Assembly (NCBI GenBank): GCA_034675465.1
Contig: JAUCDH010000010.1
Location: forward strand, 11,806-75,805
Length of the DNA stretch: 64,000 bases
Direction of reading: 5' to 3'
Source: Stenotrophomonas sp.
GTDB lineage: Bacteria > Pseudomonadota > Gammaproteobacteria > Xanthomonadales > Xanthomonadaceae
Part shown: positions 41,998 through 53,245 of the stretch, piece by piece
Position numbering within the stretch: the stretch's first letter is position 1
Layout of the letters: the number at the start of each line of letters is the position of its first letter
Notes under the pieces: model-generated
Told to the model about the DNA's origin: nothing
Seen by the model: the letters and a program-made list of their open reading frames with translations, nothing else
The model's database searches: none
Program-made: the position numbers and the translations under genes

Positions 41998-42321
41998 GGC
42001 GGGATCCGGCAGGGAGGAAGGGCGCTGCGCACCTTCATGGATGCGGCGGGGTGGCGTCAAGCCGAGGTCGCGCCACCTACGCTTCGACGGTGGCTGCTGG
42101 ATCGCCGAGCCGGAGCAGGCTTGGCAGGTGATGGATGCGTGCAAGCGCAGGAGGGTGACCGCGCCCTCCTCGCCCTGCCGCAGCGCAAGTGCGAACTGCT
42201 GGGCGCGTTGCTGGAGGCGCTGGGCGAAGAGGAGGTGTGTCGGCGGCTGCTTCCCGGGCGGCCCGTGTAAAGCGGAATCCCGCCAATGACGGGGGTTTCG
42301 CTTTACACAGGGCCTGCGGGC

Positions 42322-42969
42322 TTACAGCACCTGCGGCGGCTGCCCGCCGACGATCACCACGTCGGCCGGGCGGCGCGCGAACAGGCCCACGGTGACCACG
42401 CCGGGGATCTGGTTGAGCTGCTGTTCCAGCTTCACCGGGTCGGTGATGGACAGGTTGTGGATGTCGAGGATGACGTTGCCGTTGTCGGTGACCACGCCGT
42501 CGCGCCATACCGGCTGGCCACCGGTCAACGCGAGGATTTCGCGGGCGACCAAGCTGCGCGCCATCGGCACCACTTCCACCGGCAGCGGGAACTTGCCCAG
42601 CATCGGCACCTGCTTGCTCGGGTCAACGATGCAGACGAACTTCTCGCTGGCCTCGGCGATGATTTTTTCGCGGGTCAATGCTGCGCCGCCGCCCTTGATC
42701 AGGTTCTTGTTGCCGTCGCATTCGTCGGCACCGTCCACGTACAGCGACAGCCCGCCGGTGTGGTTCAGGTCCAGCACTTCGATGCCGTGGCCCTTGAGCA
42801 GCGCGGTGCTTTGCTCGGAGCTGGACACCGCACCTTCAATCTGGTCCTTGATGCGCGCCAGCGCTTCGATGAAGTAGGCGACGGTAGAGCCGGTGCCGAC
42901 CCCGACGATCATTCCCTTTTCGACGTATTCGATGGCTTTTTCGGCGGCCAGGCGCTTGGCTTCGGACAT
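42322..42969 (-). CDS. rpiA: Ribose-5-phosphate isomerase A
   Basis: [36 protein letters not shown]. Confidence 0.97.
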   Translation of the reverse strand: MSEAKRLAAEKAIEYVEKGMIVGVGTGSTVAYFIEALARIKDQIEGAVSSSEQSTALLKGHGIEVLDLNHTGGLSLYVDGADECDGNKNLIKGGGAALTREKIIAEASEKFVCIVDPSKQVPMLGKFPLPVEVVPMARSLVAREILALTGGQPVWRDGVVTDNGNVILDIHNLSITDPVKLEQQLNQIPGVVTVGLFARRPADVVIVGGQPPQVL

Positions 42970-42980
42970 GAGGTGGCTCG

Positions 42981-43099
42981 TGATTAGTGGATTGGTGATT
43001 CGTGATTCGATGAAGCCGTGATCGGTGATTGGCAATTGGTGATTCGGAAAAGCGCGGCGCTCCTGCTGTTACGAATCACCAATCACGAATCACCAATCA
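42981..43099. repeat. Inverted heptamer-array element (TGATTCG/TGATTGG type), no gene inside
   Basis: ...TGATCGG TGATTGG CAATTGG TGATTCG GAAAAGC ... GCTGTTA CGAATCA CCAATCA CGAATCA CCAATCA; right arm identical over 27 nt to 18511-18537. Confidence 0.9.
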
Positions 43100-43573
43100 C
43101 CGCCTCTCAAGGGAAAGCAGCAGCTTCCATTGCGCGGCGGTTACCGGGAACACCGACAGCCGGTTGCCCTTGGCGGTCAGCGGGAAACCTTCACCCAGCG
43201 CGTCGGCGTGCTGCTTGATTTCATCCAGTGCAATCACTTGCGCCAGCTTGCGCTCGAACGCCACGTCCACCAGATACCAGCGCGGTTGCTCGCCGCTGGC
43301 CTTGGGGTCGTAGTAGTCGGATCCCGGGTCGAACTGGGTGGCGTCCGGGTAGGCTTCGCTAGCCACCGTGGCGGTGCCGACGATGCCCGGCACCTTGGTG
43401 TTGGAGTGGTAGAACAAGATGCCGTCGCCGACCTTCATGCCATCGCGCATGAAGTTGCGCGCTTGGTAGTTGCGCACGCCGTTCCACGGCTCGGTGCCTA
43501 CGCGGTGCAGGTCGTCGATGGAAAAAGCGTCCGGTTCGGACTTCATCAGCCAGTAACGCTTGCGGGCGGTCAT
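43097..43573 (-). CDS. EVE domain protein
   Basis: YWLMKSEPDAFSIDDL, WNGVRNYQARNFMR, FYHSN, NRLSV.PV. Confidence 0.93.
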   Translation of the reverse strand: MTARKRYWLMKSEPDAFSIDDLHRVGTEPWNGVRNYQARNFMRDGMKVGDGILFYHSNTKVPGIVGTATVASEAYPDATQFDPGSDYYDPKASGEQPRWYLVDVAFERKLAQVIALDEIKQHADALGEGFPLTAKGNRLSVFPVTAAQWKLLLSLERR

Positions 43574-44160
43574 GCGTGCGACGGTTCCGGGTAAAAGGTG
43601 GCTTGCTCGGTGCAGATTGCATCCACCGCCACGTCCCAGTCTTCGACCGGCAGTGCCGGCACTTGCTGGGCGGCAAAGCCGACGCCGACCAACCACGGTG
43701 GCGCGCTCTGCTTTTGGCGGAAAGCGAAGCTGCGATCATACCAGCCGCCCCCCATGCCCAGCCGCCGGCACTGCGCGTCGAAGCCGGTCAACGGCGCGAT
43801 GACCAGCGCCATTTCCGAAGGGTCCAAGGCCTGCGCGGCGTCCACGTCCGGCTCGGGAATGCCGTAGCGGTTGGCGACCAGCGGCTGCCCCGGCCGCCAC
43901 GGCGCGAAGCGCAGCAGCTTGCCGTACAGCACCGGCAGGCAATAGGTCTGCTGCGGCGGCAACTGCATCTGCCAGCGATGCAGCGCGATCTCGCCGTCCA
44001 TCGCCCAGTAGCCGGCGACGTGTCCTTCGACATCGGCGAAGGGCAGGGCCCGCAGGTTTGCGGCTAGTGCCTCGGCGGCGGCGATGCGCGCAGCGGCGGG
44101 GATTTCGCGGCGGCGCTGGCGCAGTTGCCGGCGCAGGCCTTGGCGATTGTCGGAAGTCAT
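43570..44160 (-). CDS. ygfA: 5-formyltetrahydrofolate cyclo-ligase
   Basis: NRYGIPEP, APLTGFD..CRRLGMGGGWYDR, WDV.VD.ICTE; downstream of 6S RNA. Confidence 0.92.
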   Translation of the reverse strand: MTSDNRQGLRRQLRQRRREIPAAARIAAAEALAANLRALPFADVEGHVAGYWAMDGEIALHRWQMQLPPQQTYCLPVLYGKLLRFAPWRPGQPLVANRYGIPEPDVDAAQALDPSEMALVIAPLTGFDAQCRRLGMGGGWYDRSFAFRQKQSAPPWLVGVGFAAQQVPALPVEDWDVAVDAICTEQATFYPEPSHA

Positions 44161-44208
44161 GGGCGCGGAGTATGCGGGAAGCGGGCGCCGGCGCGTCGGC
44201 AACTTGCC

Positions 44209-44239
44209 CAAAAGAAACGGCGCCTTTCGGCGCCGTTTC
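44209..44239 (-). terminator. Terminator downstream of 6S RNA
   Basis: Minus strand GAAACGGCGCC GAAA GGCGCCGTTTC TTTT. Confidence 0.8.
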
Positions 44240-44248
44240 GGAATGATT

Positions 44249-44433
44249 GCATTCTCCGCCATGACGATGCGTGCGAAACGACCTTGAACCCGGGGTTCAA
44301 GTGGGGACGTTGGGGAATCTTCGGGCTTCCCGCTGCAAGGCGGACTTGCACACCTGATTCCGTCGCGCCCCCGTGGTCGTCATTAAGGGACAAGGCGAAT
44401 GTTTGCACACGCCGTCGTTCACGGCAGAGAACG
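44249..44433 (-). ncRNA. ssrS: 6S RNA
   Basis: Canonical position between zapA and ygfA; conserved TTGAACCCCGGGTTCAAGG segment; complementary ends; TATACT -10 at 44441-44446; ends approximate. Confidence 0.88.
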
Positions 44434-44532
44434 CGTGGCCAGTATAGCCATGTTCGATGCGCTTGCCAGCCCGTTCGTCGGCAGTTTCGGATGAATGCGG
44501 CAGCGCCTGTTCATGCGCCGCCGCCGGCTGCG

Positions 44533-44832
44533 TCAGTGGCCGTCGTCGATGGCGCTGTCGATGCGTCGGTTGAGGCCGTCCAGCGTGCTCTGGAAGCGCT
44601 GTTGCTGTTGTGCCAGTTCGTTGCGCATCAGCTGCAGTTCGTGCGCGAGGTTCAGCGCCGCCAGCACCGCCACCCGATCGACTGCGGCCATGCGGTTGCT
44701 GCCGCGGATTTCGCGCATCCGCGTGTCCAGCATGTGTGCGGCGGCGGTCAGGCTGTCGCGCTCGGCCGGCTCCACGCCGACGGTGTATTCGCGGTCGAGG
44801 ATGTGGACGCTGACCGGTTCGTTCTGGCTCAC
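44533..44832 (-). CDS. zapA: Cell division protein ZapA
   Basis: VSVHILDREY.V...AA.MLD.RMREI...DRVAVLAALNLAHE; GTG start overlapping the upstream stop. Confidence 0.9.
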   Translation of the reverse strand: MSQNEPVSVHILDREYTVGVEPAERDSLTAAAHMLDTRMREIRGSNRMAAVDRVAVLAALNLAHELQLMRNELAQQQQRFQSTLDGLNRRIDSAIDDGH

Positions 44833-45050
44833 GTGTGCTGCTCCAGCGATTTGAGGCGGGTAATCATCGCTTCCACTCGCGAGCGCGCCTGCTCGTTTTT
44901 GGTCAGCAATTGCGCACGCTCGTTGACCAGTTGTTCCTGCTGTTGGCGCAGGCTGCGGTTTTCCTCGGCCAGCCGCCGGTTGCGTTCGAGCAGGAGGTCG
45001 ATGCGTGCGGCCAAAGCCTGCAACGGGGCGGTGGGGTCGAAGGCGTCCAT
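44829..45050 (-). CDS. TIGR02449 family coiled-coil protein (ZapB-like)
   Basis: LAEENRSLR...ERAQLLTKNEQARSRVEAMITRLKSLEQ. Confidence 0.85.
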   Translation of the reverse strand: MDAFDPTAPLQALAARIDLLLERNRRLAEENRSLRQQQEQLVNERAQLLTKNEQARSRVEAMITRLKSLEQHT

Positions 45051-45177
45051 GCGCGGCACGATAGGCATGGGCGTCGGGGGCGGTCAAGATGGGCGGGCGT
45101 GCGTGGTTGCTACACTACCCGGCCGCTGCCACGCACCGCTGCTGGCGCGGGTTTTCCCCGTTGCAAAGGCCCGTGCC

Positions 45178-45723
45178 ATGACCGAACTGCCCACCGTTTC
45201 CGACATCCTTCAGGCCAGCCGCGCGCTGGATCTGGGCGCCTCCCCGGCCGAGCTGCACGGCAGCCTGTGCGGTTGGCTGGCCGCCGGTGGCACCGACGTG
45301 CCGGAATGGCCGGCCAAGGTGCTGGCCGACGATGCCCTGCCCACGCCGGAGCCGGGCAGCGCGCTCGACCGCCTGCGGCAGGCGGTGGTGGCGCAACTGG
45401 AAGACCGCGATTTCGCTTTTGAACTGCTGCTGGCCGAACCCGGCGCGGCGTTGCAGGTGCGTACCGATGCCTTGTTCGACTGGTGCCGCGCTTTCCTTGG
45501 CGGCTTCGGCCTGGCTGCCGGCAAGCGCCCGGTGTTGAGCGAGGAGGGTGAGGAAGCCCTGCAAGATCTTGCACGCTTGGCGGCAGCATCCAGTGATGAA
45601 TTTGATAGTGCCGACGAAGACGAGGATGCGCTGGCCGAAATCGAGGAATTCGTGCGCGTGGCGGTGTTGCTGCTGCACGGCGACTGCGTGATGGGCGCGC
45701 GCCACCGCCAACGCCTGAACTGA
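45178..45723 (+). CDS. UPF0149 (YgfB/YecA) family protein
   Basis: SPAELHGSLCG, LFDWCRAFLGGFG, ALAEIEEFVRV; upstream of pepP. Confidence 0.88.
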   Translation: MTELPTVSDILQASRALDLGASPAELHGSLCGWLAAGGTDVPEWPAKVLADDALPTPEPGSALDRLRQAVVAQLEDRDFAFELLLAEPGAALQVRTDALFDWCRAFLGGFGLAAGKRPVLSEEGEEALQDLARLAAASSDEFDSADEDEDALAEIEEFVRVAVLLLHGDCVMGARHRQRLN

Positions 45724-45731
45724 GGGCAGTG

Positions 45732-47054
45732 ATGGAACAGTTGACCGGCATCGCCCCCGCCGAATACGCCCAGCGCCGCCGCAAGTTGATGGAAGCGGCC
45801 GGCGACGACGCCATTCTTGTCTTGCCCGCCGCACCCGAGCGCGTGCGCAGCCTCGACACCCATTACCCGTACCGGCAGGATTCGGATTTCTGGTACCTGT
45901 GCGGCTTTCCCGAACCGGAAGCGGTGCTGGTGCTGATTCCCGGCCGCCGCCACGGCGAGGCGATCCTGTTTTGCCGCGAGCGTGACGCAGAGCGCGAGGC
46001 GTGGGACGGCCCGCGCGAAGGGCAGGAAGGTGCGGTGTCGCGCTACGGCATGGACGACGCCTATCCGATCGAGGACCTCGATGACATCCTGCCCGGCCTG
46101 CTCGAAGGCCGCTCGCGGGTCTATTACCACTTTGGCCGTGACGCCGACTTCGACCTCAAACTGATCGGCTGGGTCAACCGCGTGCGTTCGCAGGTGCGCC
46201 ACGGCGCGCAGCCGCCGCATGAGTTCCTGGAACTGGGCCATCTGCTGCACGAGCAACGCCTGTTCAAATCGCCGGCCGAGATCGCGCTGATGCAGCAGGC
46301 CGCCGACATCAGCGTGCGCGCCCACCGCGCGGCGATGCGTGCGGCGCGGCCGGGCGTCTTCGAATACGAACTGCAGGCCGAGCTGGAGCGCGAGTTCCGC
46401 CGCGGCGATGCGTGCCCGGCCTACAACAGCATCGTTGGTGCCGGCGCCAATGCCTGCGTGCTGCATTACCGGGCCAACAACGGCGGCAGCCGCGACGGCG
46501 AGCTGGTGCTGATCGATGCCGGCGCCGAATTCCGTGGCTACGCCAGCGACATTACCCGCACCTTCCCGGTGGGCGGCCGTTTCAGCGCCGAACAACGTGC
46601 GCTGCACGACCTGGTGCTGGCCGCGCAGGTGGCAGCGCTGGAACAGGCGCGGCCCGGTATCGCCTACGAGGAAGGGCATTTGGCGGCGGTCGAAGTGCTG
46701 ACCGAAGGTTTGCTGCGATTGGGGTTGCTGGAAGGCGAGCTCGAAGAAAACATCATCGAAGGCCATTACAAGCGGTTTTATCGGCACAAAACCGGGCACT
46801 GGCTGGGGTTGGACGTGCACGATGTCGGCGACTACAAGCTCGCCGGCGAATCGCGGCTGCTGGAGCCGGGCATGGTGTTCACCATCGAGCCGGGGCTGTA
46901 CGTGTCGCCGGACGACGCCAGCGTGGAGCCGCGCTGGCGCGGCATCGGCATCCGCATCGAGGACGACGTGCTGATCACCGATGACGGCCACCGCGTGCTG
47001 ACCGGCACACTGGAGCGCAGTGCCGACGAAATCGAAGCGTTCATGGCTGCGTAG
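45732..47054 (+). CDS. pepP: Xaa-Pro aminopeptidase
   Basis: YRQDSDFWYL, LIDAGAE..GYASDITRTFP, GHWLGLDVHDVG, TIEPGLY, GIRIEDD. Confidence 0.95.
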   Translation: MEQLTGIAPAEYAQRRRKLMEAAGDDAILVLPAAPERVRSLDTHYPYRQDSDFWYLCGFPEPEAVLVLIPGRRHGEAILFCRERDAEREAWDGPREGQEGAVSRYGMDDAYPIEDLDDILPGLLEGRSRVYYHFGRDADFDLKLIGWVNRVRSQVRHGAQPPHEFLELGHLLHEQRLFKSPAEIALMQQAADISVRAHRAAMRAARPGVFEYELQAELEREFRRGDACPAYNSIVGAGANACVLHYRANNGGSRDGELVLIDAGAEFRGYASDITRTFPVGGRFSAEQRALHDLVLAAQVAALEQARPGIAYEEGHLAAVEVLTEGLLRLGLLEGELEENIIEGHYKRFYRHKTGHWLGLDVHDVGDYKLAGESRLLEPGMVFTIEPGLYVSPDDASVEPRWRGIGIRIEDDVLITDDGHRVLTGTLERSADEIEAFMAA

Positions 47055-47215
47055 GGTGGGGCTTGGCCTGTGCGGGGCCACGCTAACCCCGTAGGTTGGG
47101 CGGGTCACCCTTCGCCCCAACCCCGCCTCGCGCCCGGCCTTTTCGCAATGGCGTTCGAGAGGCAGCGAACCGGTGGTTCGCAAACTGCCCCTCTCACCTC
47201 GCAGGGAGAGGGGCT
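47051..47215 (+). repeat. GTAG REP remnants plus a composite palindromic repeat with inserted module
   Basis: GTAGGGTGGGGCTTGGCC; CCCTTCGCCCCAACCCC...GCGTTCGAGAGGCAGCGAACCGGTGGTTCGCAAACTGCCCCTCTCACCTCGCAGGGAGAGGGG, similar to 54339-54452. Confidence 0.75.
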
Positions 47216-47222
47216 TGAAGCC

Positions 47223-47783
47223 TCAATACCGTGCGCCGTCGCTTTGGCCGTAGCGGTGCAGCACCGCGCGGGCAGCGTCGCGGTGCAGGCCTCGCACCAC
47301 CTCGATGCCGCGCCGGTTCAGTTCGCCTGCCCAATCGGCAGGCAGCGGGCCTTCGTCGAATGGGGTCAGTTCTTCGACATCGGCGGCGCTGGCGCCGATC
47401 AGCAGGCGGTCGATGCCGGCCCAAATCGTCGCGCCATAGCACTGGCAGCACGGCTGCGACGAGGTGGCCAGCGTCACCGGCGACAGCACCGCGTTCAGGC
47501 GTGGGCTTTGCAGGCGCTGCTGGGCCAGCATGTAGGCCATGTTCTCGGCGTGGGCCAGCGAGGTGCTGTGCGGCACCACGCGGTTGACGCCGGCGGCAAT
47601 GACGCGGTCGTCCGGGCCGAACACCACCGCGCCGAACGGGCCGCCGGTTTCCGCTTCCACGTTCAGCCGCGACAGTTCGATGGCCAGCGCGACCTTGGCT
47701 TCGTCGCCCGGATAAACGCGGCCGGTGTCCACGACTTCGTGAATCCACGCGGGCAGGGTGAGGTGGACTTGGGCGTAGAGCAT
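47223..47783 (-). CDS. Nucleoside deaminase family protein
   Basis: GGPFGAVV, AHAENMA, SSQPCCQCYGA zinc-deaminase motifs. Confidence 0.88.
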   Translation of the reverse strand: MLYAQVHLTLPAWIHEVVDTGRVYPGDEAKVALAIELSRLNVEAETGGPFGAVVFGPDDRVIAAGVNRVVPHSTSLAHAENMAYMLAQQRLQSPRLNAVLSPVTLATSSQPCCQCYGATIWAGIDRLLIGASAADVEELTPFDEGPLPADWAGELNRRGIEVVRGLHRDAARAVLHRYGQSDGARY

Positions 47784-47790
47784 GGGGCTA

Positions 47791-47948
47791 GCAAAGAGTG
47801 GAGAGGAAAGAGGAACGAGAAAAAGCAAAAAGCGGAAGGCGAAAAGCAAGGCAAGGTGCAGAGCGGGGAGTCAAGGAGGCGGGAAAGTGGCAGCGCACGC
47901 GGAACCTGCTTTCTCTCGTTCCTCTTTCCTCTCCACTCGTTCCTTGCT

Positions 47949-47950
<2 letters not shown>
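47791..47950. repeat. Inverted heptamer-array element after glnS, no gene inside
   Basis: GCAAAGA GTGGAGA GGAAAGA GGAACGA GAAAAAGC ... GCTTTCTC TCGTTCC TCTTTCC TCTCCAC TCGTTCC TTGCTTC. Confidence 0.85.
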
Positions 47951-49701
<1,751 letters not shown>

Positions 49702-49797
49702 GGGGGCAAGCTTGGAGGTGATGACCGCGCATTTTAGCCGAGCCGGCCCCTGGCTGCCGGGCGCGTATGCTGGCCTCCCCCGCTACAGGTAGCCCCC

Positions 49798-50466
49798 ATG
49801 AACCGCCCCGTGCTGGTGATCGGCAACAAGAACTACTCCTCGTGGTCGCTGCGTCCCTGGCTGCTGCTGCGCCACTTCGGCGTGGAATTCGAGGAAATCC
49901 GGCTGCTGCTCGACACCCCCGGCTTCGCCGAACAGGCGTTGCAACACTCGCCCACCGGCAAGGTGCCGGCGTTGCATGACGGCGATCTGGCGCTGTGGGA
50001 CTCGCTTGCGATCTGCGAGTACGCCAACGAGCGCTGGCTGGACGGGCAGGGCTGGCCGGCCGACCGCGCGCAGCGCGCGCTGGCGCGGGCCGCGGCGGCG
50101 GAAATGCACTCCGGTTTCACCGCCCTGCGCACTCAATTGCCGATGAACAGCCGCCGCCAACCCGATGGCTACCGCTGGGATGCCGCCGCGCAACGCGACA
50201 TCGACCGGGTGCAGGCGCTGTGGCGCGCGTTGCGCGCCGCGCACGGGGCCGAGGGCGATTTCCTGTTCGGCCCGTTCGGCATCGTCGATGCGATGTTCGC
50301 GCCGGTGGCGATCCGCTTCGATGGCTACGGCGTGGTGCTGGACGACACCGCCGCCGCCTACGTGCAGGCATTGTTCACGCTGCCGGCGATGCGCGAATGG
50401 CGGCAGGCCGCAGCGCAGGAAAGCGAACACGTCGCCGCCACCGACGCGCTGCGCCGGCCGCTCTGA
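49798..50466 (+). CDS. Glutathione S-transferase family protein
   Basis: IGNKNYSSWSLRPWL, SPTGKVPAL, WDSLAICEY, AEMHSGF. Confidence 0.92.
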   Translation: MNRPVLVIGNKNYSSWSLRPWLLLRHFGVEFEEIRLLLDTPGFAEQALQHSPTGKVPALHDGDLALWDSLAICEYANERWLDGQGWPADRAQRALARAAAAEMHSGFTALRTQLPMNSRRQPDGYRWDAAAQRDIDRVQALWRALRAAHGAEGDFLFGPFGIVDAMFAPVAIRFDGYGVVLDDTAAAYVQALFTLPAMREWRQAAAQESEHVAATDALRRPL

Positions 50467-50483
50467 TCCACCGGGAGAACCCC

Positions 50484-50750
50484 ATGCAACTGGTTTATCA
50501 GGCCGACAACCTGTTCGACGCGCATCTGGTCAAGCACGCGCTGGAAGACGCCGGCATCCCGGCCTTCGTGTTCGGCGAATCGCTGTTGGGCGGTGGCGGT
50601 GAGCTGCCGCTGTTCGGCGTGCTGCGGGTCTGCGTGCCGGACGTGGCCAAGCCGCAGGCCGATGACATCGTGGCCGCGCTGGCCTTGGGCGAGGCGGCCG
50701 GTGCCCCCATCCTTGGTGACGAGCAAACGCCGGGCTTGCTGCCGGCCTGA
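50484..50750 (+). CDS. DUF2007 domain protein
   Basis: [34 protein letters not shown]. Confidence 0.8.
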   Translation: MQLVYQADNLFDAHLVKHALEDAGIPAFVFGESLLGGGGELPLFGVLRVCVPDVAKPQADDIVAALALGEAAGAPILGDEQTPGLLPA

Positions 50751-50766
50751 ACCGGAGAGCGGAGCA

Positions 50767-51438
50767 ATGTTGGGAATCGGACAAGGCTTGTTGGGCATCG
50801 GCGCGTTCAAGCAGCGCCTGCCGCGCCCGGAGGAAGCGCTGCCGGGGCGTGACGCCCCGCTGCCGCTGCACAACGTGCACCACGTCAACGGCCAGCCGCT
50901 GCGCGGCGAGTTCACCGGGCTGGAAGTGCTGGACGTGGGCATGGGCTGCTTCTGGGGCGCCGAACGCAAGTTCTGGCAGTTGCCGGGCGTGGTGACCACG
51001 GCGGTCGGTTACCAGGGCGGCCTCACCCCGAACCCGACCTACGAGGAAGCCTGTTCCGGCCTGACCGGCCATGCCGAAGTGGTGCGGGTGGTGTTCGACC
51101 CGGCGCAGGTAACGCTGGAAACGGTGTTGCGCACGTTCTGGGAAAACCACGACCCCACCCAGGGCATGCGCCAGGGCAACGACACCGGCACCCAGTACCG
51201 CTCGGCGATCTACTGCCATACGCAGGCGCAGTTCGAAGCGGCGCAGGCCAGCCGCGAGGTTTACCAGCGGCAGTTGCATGCCGCCGGTCATGGCGACATC
51301 ACGACCGAGATCGTGTTCCCTGCGCCGCCGTTCCATTACGCCGAGGATTACCACCAGCAGTATCTGGCGAAGAACCCGAACGGTTATTGCGGCATCGGCG
51401 GCACCGGGGTGAGTTGCCCGGTGGGGTTGGAGCGATAG
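50767..51438 (+). CDS. msrA: Peptide-methionine (S)-S-oxide reductase
   Basis: [52 protein letters not shown]. Confidence 0.96.
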   Translation: MLGIGQGLLGIGAFKQRLPRPEEALPGRDAPLPLHNVHHVNGQPLRGEFTGLEVLDVGMGCFWGAERKFWQLPGVVTTAVGYQGGLTPNPTYEEACSGLTGHAEVVRVVFDPAQVTLETVLRTFWENHDPTQGMRQGNDTGTQYRSAIYCHTQAQFEAAQASREVYQRQLHAAGHGDITTEIVFPAPPFHYAEDYHQQYLAKNPNGYCGIGGTGVSCPVGLER

Positions 51439-51483
51439 GCATTGCCGGCGGCACCCGGGCATGGGTCGGGTGGCCGACTGGCA

Positions 51484-51600
51484 GTGCCGACCAACGGTCG
51501 GCACCCACCGAAAATCCCGGATTCCGAGGCAGTCCCGGCCGCCGGCCGGAGATTGCAATGGCAATGATTCCGAGGTCGCCTGCCCGCGGCCGGCACTACC
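51484..51600. repeat. Stenotrophomonas SMAG-type REP cluster between convergent msrA and tal
   Basis: Minus strand GGTGGGTGCCGACCGTTGGTCGGCAC and GGTAGTGCCGGCCGCGGGCAGGC. Confidence 0.75.
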
Positions 51601-52557
51601 TCATGCCAACGCGTCGGCGATGCGTGCACGCAGCGCGTGCAAATCCTTGGTGAAGGCGTCGATGCCGGTTGCCAGCTTTTCGGTCGCCATCGGGTCGGCG
51701 GCCATGTCGGCGTCGAAGCGGGCTTCGTCGATTGCGGCCACATCCACTGCCTCGGCAGCGCCGGCGGCCAGCTTGCGCGGCAGTTCGCCGAAGTCGGCGT
51801 CGAGCTTTTCCAGCAAATCAGGCGAGATGGTCAGGCGGTCGCAGCCGGCCAGCGCCTCGATCTGCGCGGTGGAGCGGAACGAGGCGCCCATCACCACGGT
51901 CGGCGAGCCACGGCGCTTGAACTCGGCATACACGCCACGCACGAACTTCACGCCGGGGTCTTCGTCGATGTTGGCCGGGGCCTGGCCGTTGGCGACGTAC
52001 CAGTCGAGGATGCGGCCGACGAACGGCGAGATCAGGAATGCGCCGGCCTCGCTGCACGCCAGCGCCTGCGTGGGGTTGAAGATCAGCGTCAGGTTGCAGT
52101 CGATGCCCTCGGCTTGCAGCACGCGCGTGGCTTCCACGCCGGCCCAGGTGGCGGCGATCTTGATCAGCACCTTGCCGCGCGGCACGCCGGCCGCTTCGTA
52201 CATGGCGATGAACTGGCGCGCCTTGGCGATGGTGGCGGCGGTGTCATGGCTCTGGTCGGCATCGACCTCGGTGGAGACGCGGCCGGGCACCAGTTCGGCC
52301 AGCATCGTGCCTACGCCGACGGTGAGGCGGTCGACCACGGCCTTGGCGACATCGATGCGGCTGCCTGCCTGCGTGCGGCCCCATGCCAGTTCGCGTTCGA
52401 TCAGGCCGGCATACACCGGCAGGTCGAGCGCTTTCTTCACCAGCGTCGGGTTTGTGGTGCAATCGACCGGGCGCAGGCGGGCGATGGCGTCGTAATCGCC
52501 GGTGTCGGCGACGACGACGGACAGTTCACGCAGTTGGGCGAGCTTGGAAGGGGGCAT
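51601..52557 (-). CDS. tal: Transaldolase
   Basis: [50 protein letters not shown]. Confidence 0.96.
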   Translation of the reverse strand: MPPSKLAQLRELSVVVADTGDYDAIARLRPVDCTTNPTLVKKALDLPVYAGLIERELAWGRTQAGSRIDVAKAVVDRLTVGVGTMLAELVPGRVSTEVDADQSHDTAATIAKARQFIAMYEAAGVPRGKVLIKIAATWAGVEATRVLQAEGIDCNLTLIFNPTQALACSEAGAFLISPFVGRILDWYVANGQAPANIDEDPGVKFVRGVYAEFKRRGSPTVVMGASFRSTAQIEALAGCDRLTISPDLLEKLDADFGELPRKLAAGAAEAVDVAAIDEARFDADMAADPMATEKLATGIDAFTKDLHALRARIADALA

Positions 52558-52589
52558 GGGGCGTTCCTGTTGGCGTGGCGCGGGGCGCC

Positions 52590-53015
52590 TCAGCGGTTGA
52601 ATTCACCGGCGGCTTCGGGCTGGTAATGCACGGCGGTCACGCGCAGGCGCAATTGACGGCCGCCCGGTGCGGTCCAGTCGATGCTCTGGCCGACGGACAG
52701 GCCCAGCAGCGCGCTGCCGACCGGCGCCAGCACCGAGACGTGGCCCTTGTCGAAATCCGCTTCCTGCGGGTAGACCAGAGTCAGTGAATGCTTTTCATCG
52801 TGCAGCTCGTCGACGCACTCCACGCGCGAGTGCATGGTGACGATGCCGGCGGGGATTTCCTCCGGCGGCAGCACCTGGGCGCGTTCAAGTTCCTGCGAGA
52901 GGGCGACGGCGGCCGGGTGCCGGCTCAGGGCCGGGGAGTCGAGCATGGCTTCGAGGCGGGCCAGGTCACGGCTGGAGACGATGATCGATGGCGGCAGGCC
53001 GCTGTTGGTCGGCAT
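52590..53015 (-). CDS. rnk: Nucleoside diphosphate kinase regulator (Gre family)
   Basis: [40 protein letters not shown]. Confidence 0.92.
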   Translation of the reverse strand: MPTNSGLPPSIIVSSRDLARLEAMLDSPALSRHPAAVALSQELERAQVLPPEEIPAGIVTMHSRVECVDELHDEKHSLTLVYPQEADFDKGHVSVLAPVGSALLGLSVGQSIDWTAPGGRQLRLRVTAVHYQPEAAGEFNR

Positions 53016-53046
53016 GGGGAAACTCCTGCAATGGATTGGGGCAAGC

Positions 53047-53072
53047 AAAAAGCGGCACCGAACCGGCGCCGC
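53047..53072 (-). terminator. Intrinsic terminator between oxyR and rnk
   Basis: Minus strand GCGGCGCCG GTT CGGTGCCGC TTTTT, ending about 30 nt before the rnk ATG. Confidence 0.7.
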
Positions 53073-53245
53073 CCGTGGCTATTGTGGCGGCAATGAAAGA
53101 TGGACGCGAGCCGTCCCGAGGATGGGGACGGGGGGGGCGGGGTTGCAATGCGGCGGCGCGGCGAGCGGCCCCAGCCCATGTGTCCACGGGGTGGAGCTTG
53201 GCCCACCACGCGCCACGCCTTCAGCCCGCTGGGCGAAGGAGCGCC

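Noticed and set aside
42981-43099. Heptamer arrays as CRISPR repeats
   Set aside because: The units are 7 bp and contiguous, with no unique spacers and no cas genes.
43097-43573. EVE domain gene as a modification-dependent restriction system
   Set aside because: It is a stand-alone EVE gene in the ssrS-ygfA neighbourhood with no fused or adjacent nuclease.
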